Positions 37,589 to 47,400 of a stretch of 64,000 bases of DNA are shown here, piece by piece. Within the stretch, counting starts at the first letter, position 1, and the number at the start of each line of letters is the position of its first letter. The notes under the pieces were generated by a model. That model was not told the DNA's origin. It saw only the letters and a list, made by a program, of their open reading frames with translations, and did not search any database. The DNA comes from Azolla caroliniana (Eukaryota > Plantae > Polypodiophyta), in NCBI GenBank assembly GCA_043228905.1, contig JBHGNT010000005.1, positions 16,864,001 through 16,928,000 of the forward strand, written 5' to 3'. The translations under genes were made by a program, and so were the position numbers.

Positions 37589-38259
37589 GGGATTGAACCC
37601 ATAGTTAAAGTAACCATAGTCACCTTAACCAATGTTGGTAACTTTGAGGATAGTTAGTTTGTAACCATAGTCACATTAACTATAGTAACTTATGATTGTA
37701 TTAATGATTACAAAGTCAAACTAACATATTGATCAATCTTTTATACTCATAACAACCTACAATCACTTCAAAGGTTATGAAGGAGACAATGATAGAGGTT
37801 CATGAATGTACCAATGATTGATTACTAAAAGCAACAATTTTTATGACTCTCAAATGTTATGTATTAAAGATGTGGGCATGAATTAACCAATGATTGATAA
37901 GTCTAATATTTAAAATGGTGAGCATTAAAGAACCAATGAGTGAGACGTTCTATATCAAAATGGGTGTCATTAATTAGCCAATGATTTTAACATTAATCCA
38001 ACATATTCAAGGCTTGTTAATGATTAGTTTTATATTTTACTTGATTTAACATCATTTAGATCTAGTTTATATAATGATTGATAATTTAAGTTAAATTACT
38101 TTATTAAAAATAATTTTTAGATGTATTGTATTAATAGAATATTACATAATATAGACATTCTATTGATTTGGCTTTTGTTTAGAGAGAAGTTTATGTTTAG
38201 GGAGGAGTATATGGTTAGAGAGGAGTATAACTTAGAGAGCCCTATCTAGACCTTAAGCC

Positions 38260-41022
38260 ATGAGTGAAGATTCACTGTTCTCGATTGAAGAATATTGTTT
38301 GTCATCAGACCCATCGTTTTCTACTGAAGAGTATTGTTTGTCAACAGAGTCACCATATTCGATTGAAGAATATTGTCTTTCGACCGACTCACCATATTCT
38401 ATTGAAGAATATTGTCTGAGCTCATCTACAGGGAATGTAAATAATGACACATGTGAAGAGTTCTCTATTGAAGAATACGATATTAATAAAGATACCGAGA
38501 ATGAAGGAAGTGCCCAGGAAACATTGAATAACATTGGCGATGGTCAGAACAGAGAATTAGACTGTAACAAGGTTACACCAACCTCTATGCAGGAAGAGAA
38601 ATCTGGGAGCCCTATGCATATTAGAAGAATCCCACGAAGAATTCGTCTGGCTAGATTTAGCTTGGTGACATCAGATAAACAGATTGGATTTGATGTCAAC
38701 AAAATATGTTGTGCCCGTGGTTGTATGTCTATGATTGGAAAATCAAAGTTGCGAGAATTAAGGCGATACTATTTTTCGATGACCGGTGATGAGCAAGACA
38801 CTTACCTCGGATCACATATGCAACTAGTATCTGACAAATGTACGGGGATCAAAGTATCATTCGAGTATTATATCTTCCATGCACAACAGATATGTAGAGT
38901 TGCATTCAAAATTGTGTTATGTGTTAGTAACATGCGGCTACATAGAGTACAACAACGTCTACTTAGCGGGGATCAGATGCTCAATTGTAAAGAGGTTCCA
39001 AGTATGAAAGGTGCAATTGGAAGACTAGCTATTGGCTGGATGAAAACTTACTTTCAGTTAAATTGTGAAGTAATGCCCACTACAGGTAGGATGCATCTTT
39101 CTGATAATTATACCCGTCGGGAAGTTTATGATGTCTATCGATCTGAAATGCTGGGCTCACGTAATAAGTCTATCACCTATAGCCAATTCACAAGATTATG
39201 GAGAGCTCGGTTTTCAAATGTTATTATTCCTCGTAAAGTACGTATGGGTTATTGCTCCATTTGTGCAAATCTTAAAAGTTTGGCTAAAGGTGCAAAGACA
39301 TCAATGGAAAAGGATACGAGTAAGAAGTTACTACAAGAGCATCGTGAGGCACAATCCTTAGAACGAAGGAAGGCGATGCATCATAGAGAGAAGTGTTTGA
39401 AGAGGCCTGAACAATACATGTGCTTAATGATAGATGGCATGGACCAGAAGAAGACATGCTTGCCGCATATGCGGAGGCTCCCCAAAGATGTCAATGATGA
39501 GTGCCTTGTTCAAATGCACTTGGTGGGATGCTTGGCTTATAATAGGTCTGTTCGACCTCACGTCTTCATTACTTACCCCAATGTTCACAATGACCCTAAC
39601 CTAACAGTTACAGTGATTCACCGAGTTTTGATGTCTTGGGGACAACCTTTCCCCCCTGTTCTATACATTCAATTGGACAATACTGCTAGAGAGAACAAAA
39701 ATTCAACTGTATTTGGCTATCTAAGTTTGTTGGTCAACCTAGAATTGTTTAGGAAAGTGAAAGTCAATTTCCTTTTGGTTGGCCACACACATGACCATAT
39801 AGATCAGATGTTTAGCACATTCTCCAGACAGTTGTCTCGACATGATGCTTTCACTTTACCTAAACTATTTGATGTCATTTGTGATGCATATACACCACGC
39901 CCAAAAGTGTTACACTTGAAGGAGGTATATGACTTTAAGAGATATATATTAGATGGGGGTGGTGGGAATGTTAAAGTGCTTGCTCAGTTAAACAATATAA
40001 GTTTCAATCACATTTTTTTGATAAAGAAAAATGGAATAAGTGGTTCTACACTTTTGTATGCTAAACAATATTCATCTTCTACAACATGGGAACCTGAAGG
40101 TGGTTGCCAGTTATTACTTTGTATGCCGAGTACAATTGTCCATGGAGCTAAGCAAATGCCAATTGAGAAGAAAGGACAGTTGCAGAGCGACTTGGTATTA
40201 GAACAAAAACGGTCATGGCTCCAAGCCTTAGAAGAAAAAAGAAAACATATTGAGGCACAACAAGACACGTCATGGTGGGATGTATTTTATAGTGATCAGA
40301 AAGAAATTATAGACAATTGTGTATCTGTTGATAATTGGAATTTGGAAACGCCATTCACATGGTCGCTGCAACATGATCGCGTAAATAGAAGTCCGGAGCG
40401 ACTAGTAAATGCGATTAATGACAGCTTGGTCCATCCACAACAAAGAGACATTTATGTGGGACCAAGGATGACCAAAGCAGCCGAAGCTAGATGGCAAGGA
40501 AATTTGCAAGAGCTCACCGCGGGGATGTTGATTGCAACGCCGGCTGATGAGAACTCACATGGCCACCAATTTTGGGTTGGTAAAATTCTAGAAGTGCTAA
40601 TGCATGAAATAGAAAACACGATCAAGTCTATAAATGTTCATTGGTACAACACTAGAAGTGCAAATGCTTTTACAGGTAAGTATACATTGGAGATGATTGA
40701 ATGCCAAACAAGAAGGGGAGGTAGGAAGAGGAAGCGAAACATTCGTAACACCTCGACCCTTGATATCTCTGATGTGGATATCATCGTGTACGACTTCACA
40801 CTTACAAAAGCCGGACGATTAAGGAAGTCAACAATAGATATAATAAAAGAAAAATTACCAGGTCTACAAGGTGGCTCGAGTCAAAGGCAAACGAGATCTG
40901 CTACATATAATCTAGAGTCAAACCATTTGGTTTATGACGAAGATAATGCACTGATTGGTACATCCGAGGATGATGAGGAGGAATCGTCATTGTATATTAG
41001 TTATAGTAGTGATTCTCCGTAA
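38260..41022 (+). CDS. Putative DDE/D transposase, Sola1-like (DUF7869-like), 920 aa, uninterrupted
   Basis: Long intact ORF between the TIRs. Cys motifs (ICCARGC, ICRVAF, CSIC) and acidic core LMIDGMDQ / IQLDNTARENKN / FLLVGHTHDHIDQMFS. The family is recalled from motifs and the 4-bp TSD, not from a search. Confidence 0.8.
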   Translation: MSEDSLFSIEEYCLSSDPSFSTEEYCLSTESPYSIEEYCLSTDSPYSIEEYCLSSSTGNVNNDTCEEFSIEEYDINKDTENEGSAQETLNNIGDGQNRELDCNKVTPTSMQEEKSGSPMHIRRIPRRIRLARFSLVTSDKQIGFDVNKICCARGCMSMIGKSKLRELRRYYFSMTGDEQDTYLGSHMQLVSDKCTGIKVSFEYYIFHAQQICRVAFKIVLCVSNMRLHRVQQRLLSGDQMLNCKEVPSMKGAIGRLAIGWMKTYFQLNCEVMPTTGRMHLSDNYTRREVYDVYRSEMLGSRNKSITYSQFTRLWRARFSNVIIPRKVRMGYCSICANLKSLAKGAKTSMEKDTSKKLLQEHREAQSLERRKAMHHREKCLKRPEQYMCLMIDGMDQKKTCLPHMRRLPKDVNDECLVQMHLVGCLAYNRSVRPHVFITYPNVHNDPNLTVTVIHRVLMSWGQPFPPVLYIQLDNTARENKNSTVFGYLSLLVNLELFRKVKVNFLLVGHTHDHIDQMFSTFSRQLSRHDAFTLPKLFDVICDAYTPRPKVLHLKEVYDFKRYILDGGGGNVKVLAQLNNISFNHIFLIKKNGISGSTLLYAKQYSSSTTWEPEGGCQLLLCMPSTIVHGAKQMPIEKKGQLQSDLVLEQKRSWLQALEEKRKHIEAQQDTSWWDVFYSDQKEIIDNCVSVDNWNLETPFTWSLQHDRVNRSPERLVNAINDSLVHPQQRDIYVGPRMTKAAEARWQGNLQELTAGMLIATPADENSHGHQFWVGKILEVLMHEIENTIKSINVHWYNTRSANAFTGKYTLEMIECQTRRGGRKRKRNIRNTSTLDISDVDIIVYDFTLTKAGRLRKSTIDIIKEKLPGLQGGSSQRQTRSATYNLESNHLVYDEDNALIGTSEDDEEESSLYISYSSDSP

Positions 41023-41344
41023 AGGAGTGATCATGAATGTATATTTGGCTATTAAGTGTAACTACATTCCGCTTGTAACAAATCGAGTAATATAAAATCA
41101 TGTGTTTTGAATTCTTATGATTTCCCAAAAATCGTTTCTTATAAAATAACATTGGTTGTAAAGTTTGTGATATAAATTGAGAATGTATGTTTTTGAAATT
41201 CGTCTTTTTTTAGTTACTTCTAAATCACGAAAATAGTGGATTTTTAACCTTTTTCATAGTATGTTTGAACTTGTATGATACTGGTATCAATGTGTTTTGT
41301 AAAATCATTGAAAAACCCCTAAAATTTCCCTTATCCTTCCATTT

Positions 41345-41380
41345 ATGCGCGATCCTTCCACTTGTGAACGCGAACGTGTT
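41345..41380 (-). repeat. Right terminal inverted repeat
   Basis: Reverse complement AACACGTTCGCGTTCACAAGTGGAAGGATCGCGCAT, 35/36 identical to the left TIR. Confidence 0.95.
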
Positions 41381-41384
41381 TGGA

Positions 41385-42409
41385 TGGTAAATTTGGTGAC
41401 GATGCCGATGGGTGTAGGGCAGATGCGATATCTGGTGTTGGCCCGGGAGGACCTGACAAACCAGGTGGAAGGCCGAGCCCTGCAGAACAAAACGACCGCG
41501 GCCGTGCGTCGGTTCCTAATCGAGGACGTGATATGCCGGTACGGGTGCGTCGGAAAGATCGTGGTGGACCGCGGGGAGTTGGACGCCGAAGAGGCCGAGG
41601 AGTTGTTCGACCGGTTAGGGGTCAAGCTCTCGCTCACCACAGTGTACAATCCGGAGACAAACGGGAAGGTAGAGCACGGGCACGGGCCAATTGTCAAAGC
41701 GCTAGTCCGGGCATGCGGAGGCCAGGTCGGGAACTGGCCACGGCTGTTACCTTATGCCTTGTGGGCGGACCGGACAACGCACAGTTCGGTAACCGGGTTC
41801 ATGCCGTCAGAGCTCATGTTCGGACAGAAGCCGATCATGCCGATGGAACGGACGATCTCCTCTTGGGCGACAGTAGATTGGAGGGACAAGGTGAGTCGGG
41901 AAGAACTGCTAGCGGCACGTATACGGCAGCTCGAGCGGAGGCCAGAGGACGTGGAACGAGCGGCGGAGAGACTTCGAACGGCGAGCATGAAGAACAAAGC
42001 CCGGTTCGACCGAACGCACCAGCTACGACCGAAGAAAATCGAGGAAGGCGATTGGGTGCTAGTCTACGACACCAGCCTCGACAACCAGCACCGAGCAACA
42101 CGGAAGTTTGCGAAGCGGTGGTTCGGGCCTTACGTGGTAACGAGCGCCAACGACAACGGGATGTATCACCTGGCGGAACTCGACGGTACGAGGATGGCGA
42201 TGCCGGTAGCAGGGAAACGGATCAAAGCATTCAAGAAGCGCCACGACGACGAACCGGATCTAAGAGGCCTGGACAGCGAAGACGAACAGTCCGAAACGGA
42301 GGGCGAACCGATGGACGAAGAAACGGAACCCAGACCGGTTTTCTCCAACCAGAACCCAATTTTGGCGCATACCGGTGGATGCGCGGTTAGGTGGGGGCGG
42401 ATGTCGTGA
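41385..42409 (+). pseudogene. Element C integrase core and C-terminus
   Basis: MVNLVTMP..KIVVDRGE..YNPETNGKVE..WFGPY. Continues the frame interrupted at 32750. Confidence 0.9.
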
Positions 42410-43050
42410 AGAAAACCATCCCTTGGCGCAATCGGTGAATAGCGCACATGAACCGGCCCTTCACGTGTGTGCGCTCTTAATGTATATAATAGAGAATTAG
42501 GTACATAGAGATATCCTGGGTAGTTAGATTCGGTAGGTAGGAAGTAAATGAGGGAGACGGCTCCCTTCTTGACGCTATAAAGGAGAGGGAGACGCAGGGA
42601 GAAGGGATCGGGCATTAAGGAGGATGAAGTGCTGTCGGACCGGAACGGAACGCTTCTCCTCTGTTCGTTCACCATCGCTCTTCTCTGCAGGTTTTCAGGA
42701 GGCTCGCGCTGCTTCGAGGAACGCCCGTGTGCTTCCGGCAGCACCTCCACCCTTTTCTCCTTTCGTGCGCAGACGAACAGGCATCGGCATCTGTTCGCCG
42801 GCCTGTTCGGTTGTAACCGCTCGCGTGCTTTGTTGTGTATTCTGTTACTCGTTAATATACAAACACTTGTGTCTCCCTATCTCTGTGTCCCTTCGCGTCA
42901 TCTGTGTTGATGGGTCGTGCCCCTGTGTTTCTTACTCATACGTGACAGGGCGTCTCTCTCTTTCTCATTCCCCTTCTATCACCTACTCTTCGGTCCAAGA
43001 CCCCGGTGGTCCCGCCTCGTTTCTCCACGCACGCGCGTAGTAATGCGACA

Positions 43051-43390
43051 ACGGGTAAGGTTAATGATGTCACATTCCGCCTTGATCTCCCTCCGCAACT
43101 TCAGATACATCCGGTTTTCCATTGTTCTCTTCTTGAACCTTATAAAACAAACACCATTCCCGATCGTGTTACACCACCGCTGCCCCCGCTGGAGTTGGAC
43201 GCCGGCCCTGAGTATGAAGTTGCTGCCATCCTCGATTCCAAACTTATTCGCAACAAACTTTATTATTTGGTCGATTGGGTTGGTTATAGTCCGAGCGAAC
43301 GCACTTGGGAACCCGTCGAGCATGTTGCCAATGCTCAGGATCTGCTTGCTGATTTCCACCGAAAGTATCTGGACAAACCAGGTCCGCAAT
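43051..43390 (+). pseudogene. Chromovirus integrase fragment D, part 2, with chromodomain
   Basis: Continues in frame after the TSD ACGG: GKVNDVTFRLDLP..IHPVFHCSLL..EYEVAAILDS..YYLVDWVGYSPSERTWEP. Confidence 0.9.
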
Positions 43391-43399
43391 CAACGCAAA

Positions 43400-44420
43400 C
43401 ATCTTCTCATTGCCTTTCGGTGTTGATCGACAAACTCCTTCCTTCGTCGTTGCTCCTGTTCCAACTGCATGAGACTTGCTATCTGATGCTCCTCGAGTTC
43501 GCATAATGCGGCTAACCGGATTTTTTCCGATTCCTTTTCACTTAGTCATTCTCTAACCTATATCCGCAAACTCAGAACCTAAAATTCGATCGGCATTACT
43601 GCTTCCAGCCCAAATGCTAACCGGAATGGCGTTGATCGGATACTCATTTTGTATGTCGTCCGGTATGCCCATAGTGCACTATGCAGCTTGGTGTCCCAAT
43701 CAGTCTGGTTTTCATTGAAAATCTTTCGCAGGATGTTTTGGAGCGTTTTGTTTGTGGATTCGGCCAGTCCATTAACCTGTGGATAATAAGGGGTATTGCG
43801 CTTGTGTACCACTGCATAGAATGTTGTTAAGCTCTCCACTACTTGACCAAGAAAATGTTTGCCTTGGTCACTAATTAACTCGATCGGGCATCCATACCGG
43901 CACCAAATGTACTCATATAAGAACTTTGTCGTTGATGCCGTAGTGTTGTCCCGCAATGCCTTAGCTTCTACCCACTTGATGCAATAATTTGTGGTGACTA
44001 TAACATACCTGTTGCCGGTTCTCCTTGCCGGAGGTTTAAACGGCCCAACAAAGTCGAGCCCCCATTTCTGAAATGGCTCTAAGGGTAGCACCGGTTGGTG
44101 AGGCATCCTTGCCTGTTCTGTTGGTTGGCCTATCCGTTGACATAAATCACAGAATTTTACGTACCGAACCGAGTCCTTCAGTGTCGTCGACCACCATAGC
44201 CCGTTGTGCCATATCTTTCTTGTCGTAGCATCCCCGGCATAGTGCCCTCCAGCAACGCCACAATGCACTTCTCGTAATATTGTGTCCTTTTCGTCGCTTC
44301 ACACTGTTCTCCGCCATATGCCATCCGCGCCTTTGTGGTACAAGGTGTCCTATAGTAGACAAAAATGTCGGCTTTGTACCACTAACCGCTTCCGCTCATC
44401 CCGGTTCATCTCCACCGGAA
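43400..44420 (-). pseudogene. Element E integrase
   Basis: ORF 43579-44268: H-x5-GH..CDLC, WGLDFVGP, LISDQG, YYPQVNGLAE. Confidence 0.88.
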
Positions 44421-44421
44421 T

Positions 44422-47400
44422 AGTAACCAACGGACAAGAGCGTAGGAATAAGAAATTGTTGAGAGACAAGCTCAACATCAGCCGGATCGGCTGAAGAAGC
44501 CGAGGACCGGATCGGTTGGGACCGATCGGTTAGGCCGAGTGCATAAACAGGGAGGCCGTTAGGAAAGATATTCCGTGAGGAATATATTTGGGAGTTAGTG
44601 TAGGGGCTCTTGATGAGCATTGAAGTACTATCGGTCAGTCCTTCTAGGGCTTGTATAAAAGTGTTCACTGAGCACGTCTTATGTACAGAGATTGAGTATT
44701 ATTGTTGAATATAGTTTTTTTGTGTTTCTCTCTCTGTCTCTCCTGCGTATACCGTGTAAGCTCAAGCTCTCCATTAAACCTCAGTTTCCTCTCTTCTGTT
44801 CGGTCTTCATACTTGCTTCCGCACGCTACTTTCTAAATGGTATCAGAGCGCGAGGGTTGAGAACCTCTCTGCAGCCGACACAGCTTGACGAAGAAGACGC
44901 TACTTTCTACATGGTATTAGAGCGCGAGGGTTGATAGATAGAGGCATGGCGAGCTCGCTTCCAACAAAGAAGCTCGACAGAACCAACTACGTGTCTTGGT
45001 CCTACAAGATGCACCAATACCTGCTCAGGCACAGCTACTGGAGTTATGTCGAGGGAGCTAATGACGCAGCACCCGAATCGACACACAGAGACTTCCCGTC
45101 GTGGGAGCAATCGGCGAGCAGGGTATTATACTACTTCGTGTCGTGTGTGGGCGAACAGCTATTGAGCTATGTTCAGGATGCAAAGACGCCGAAGGGTCCG
45201 TGGGAAAATCTGAAGAAGATTTTCGCCGCGAGCACCACAGCCAGGAAGCTTCAGCTCCGACAGGAGTTGAGCAACGAAGGGTGTACATGGGTGTACAAAG
45301 TCAAGTACAACAACCATGGCTCAGTCAACCGGTACAAGGCTCGGCTAGTGGCAAAGGGCTACGCGCAGAAACACGGCATCGACTATGATGAGACGTTTGC
45401 GCCGGTCGCGAAAATGACGACCGTCCGTGTTTTCCTGGAACGCGAAGATCACGCAACAACTGCGTCAGATGGGCTTCGTCATGTCAAAATCGGACTCTTC
45501 CCTGTTCTCCGGAAAGGTCGACTCGGACCGGTTAGTGTTTTACTATATGTTGATGACTTGGTCATCACCGGCGCCGACCTCGGTGAAATCGACCGCGTGA
45601 AGCTCCAGCTTGCAGCATCGTTCGAAATGAAGGATCTGGGGGACCTTCATTACTTCCTCGGGATCGAAGTGATCCGTACCCCCGAAGGCATATTGATCAG
45701 CCAACGTCATTACGTGCTGAGTATGTTGTTCAAATTCGGGATGGCCGACTGTAAGTCCATCTCGACTCCTCTAGACAGAACCGTCAAGCTTCGTCCCGAT
45801 ACGGGAAAGGTATGCGACCCGACGAGGTTCCGACAAATTGTCGGAAGCCTTATATACTTGACCATCACCCGACCCGACCTCAGTTATCCGGTCGGGGTGA
45901 TCAGTCAGTTCATGGCGCAACCTACCGAGGAGCACCTTCAGTGTGCGCAACGCATACTTCGGTATGTCAACGGCACTAAGGACCGGGGACTACTATATCG
46001 GACCGGTGCAGCCACGCGGTTAGTCGGCTACACCGATGCTGATTGGGCTGCCAACGCCGCCGATCGTCGAGCCACGTCGGGATACGCGTTCTCCCTCGGG
46101 AGTGCCGCGATCACGTGGAGCAGTAAGAAGCAACCGACAGTTGCACTGTCGAGCACCGAAGCCGAGTACTGAGGAGCGGTTGTCGCGACATGCGAAGCCA
46201 TATGGTTGAAGCGGCTACTTAAGGACCTGCAAGAGGAGGTGTCAAATCCGACGACGATCTACTGCGACAACCTCAGCAACATCCAGCTCGCGAAGAACCC
46301 CGTTTTTCACGCACGGACCAAGCACATTGAGGTGCATTACCATTTCGTCCGTGAGCGTGTCCTTTCCGGTGAAGTCGAACTTCAGTACGTTCCGACGGAT
46401 TGGCAGGCTGCCGACATCTTCACCAAGCCTCTTGGTCTGGACAAGTTGCGGCAATTCTCAGGTGTGCTCGGATTGCGTCACCTCGACGTGCCAAACTTGA
46501 GGGGGAGATCAGTCCCGAACGACCAAGCAAAGTAGCAGGAAAGGAGTGGAGACCGAGACACTGAGTCGGTTGACAAGTTCGACTTTGAATCGGCTGAAGA
46601 AGCCGAGGGCGGACCCGCGGAAAAGTCTGGAAGCGGACATAAGGGGAGCAGTCGAAGGAGAGAGCCGAAGCCAACCACGCATGAGGATGACGCCATCGAG
46701 GGCGAGAAGACCGAAGACGAGTTGGAGACAGCCAACTCGGACGAGAGCGAAGACCGATCGGAGGTAGCCAAGTCGGTTCGGATGTTTGATTCAGACACGC
46801 TGAATCAACCAAGGCCCAAGCGGAAGAAAAGGCAGCAGAAGAAGCGTCAACACCGCAACAACAGAAGAGTTGAGGAGGGCCACATGAGTAGACAAGCCGA
46901 CCGGAAGAGTCGAAGCGCACGGAGTCGAACAAGTCGAGGAGCGCGAGCGAGGCGAGAAGCCAGGAGGAATCGGTGGTGTGAAGATCCCGAAGAGCCTCAA
47001 GTTGAGCTTGAGGGGGAGTGTTGAGAGACAAGCTCAACATCGGCCAGATCGGCTGAAGAAGCCAAGGACCGGATCGGTTGGGAACGATCAGTTAGGCCGA
47101 GTGCATAAACTGGGAGGCCGTTAGGAAAGATATTCCGTGAGGAATATATTTGGGAGTTAGTGTAGGGGCTCTTGATGAGCATTGAAGTATTGTCAGTACT
47201 TCGGTCAGTCCTTCTAGGGCTTGGATAAAAGTGTTCACTTAGCACGTCTTATGTACAGAGATTGAGTATTATTGTTGAATATAGTTTTTTTGTGTTTCTC
47301 TCTTTGTCTCTCCTACGTATACCGTGTGAGCTCAAGCTCTCCATTAAACCTAAGTTTCCTCTCTTCTGTTCGGTCTTCATACTTGCTTCCGCACGCTACT

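Larger units (their letters stand above)
32751..41380 (+). mobile_element. TIR DNA transposon (Sola-like), 8630 bp, carrying a ParB-methyltransferase cargo gene
   Basis: 36-bp TIRs with 1 mismatch and TSD TGGA (32747-32750 / 41381-41384). Removal restores the integrase codons TTC AAA TGG ATG GTA (FKWMV). The interior is AT-rich with two divergent genes. Confidence 0.93.
24468..43050 (+). mobile_element. Full-length Ty3/gypsy element C (tRNA-Trp primed), containing F and the DNA transposon
   Basis: 649-bp LTR pair 24468-25116 and 42402-43050 (about 15 differences by eye). 4-bp TSD ACGG. PBS TGGTGAACCCGACGTGAA at 25121-25138 and PPT GGTGGGGGCGGA before 42402. Confidence 0.95.

Noticed and set aside
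32750-41381. Alternative reading with 37-bp TIRs and a 2-bp GG TSD, or assignment to CACTA, hAT, Mutator or Harbinger
   Set aside because: The 2-bp reading is formally possible from one copy, but a 4-bp TSD fits the transposase motifs better. The termini and TSD length do not match the other superfamilies.
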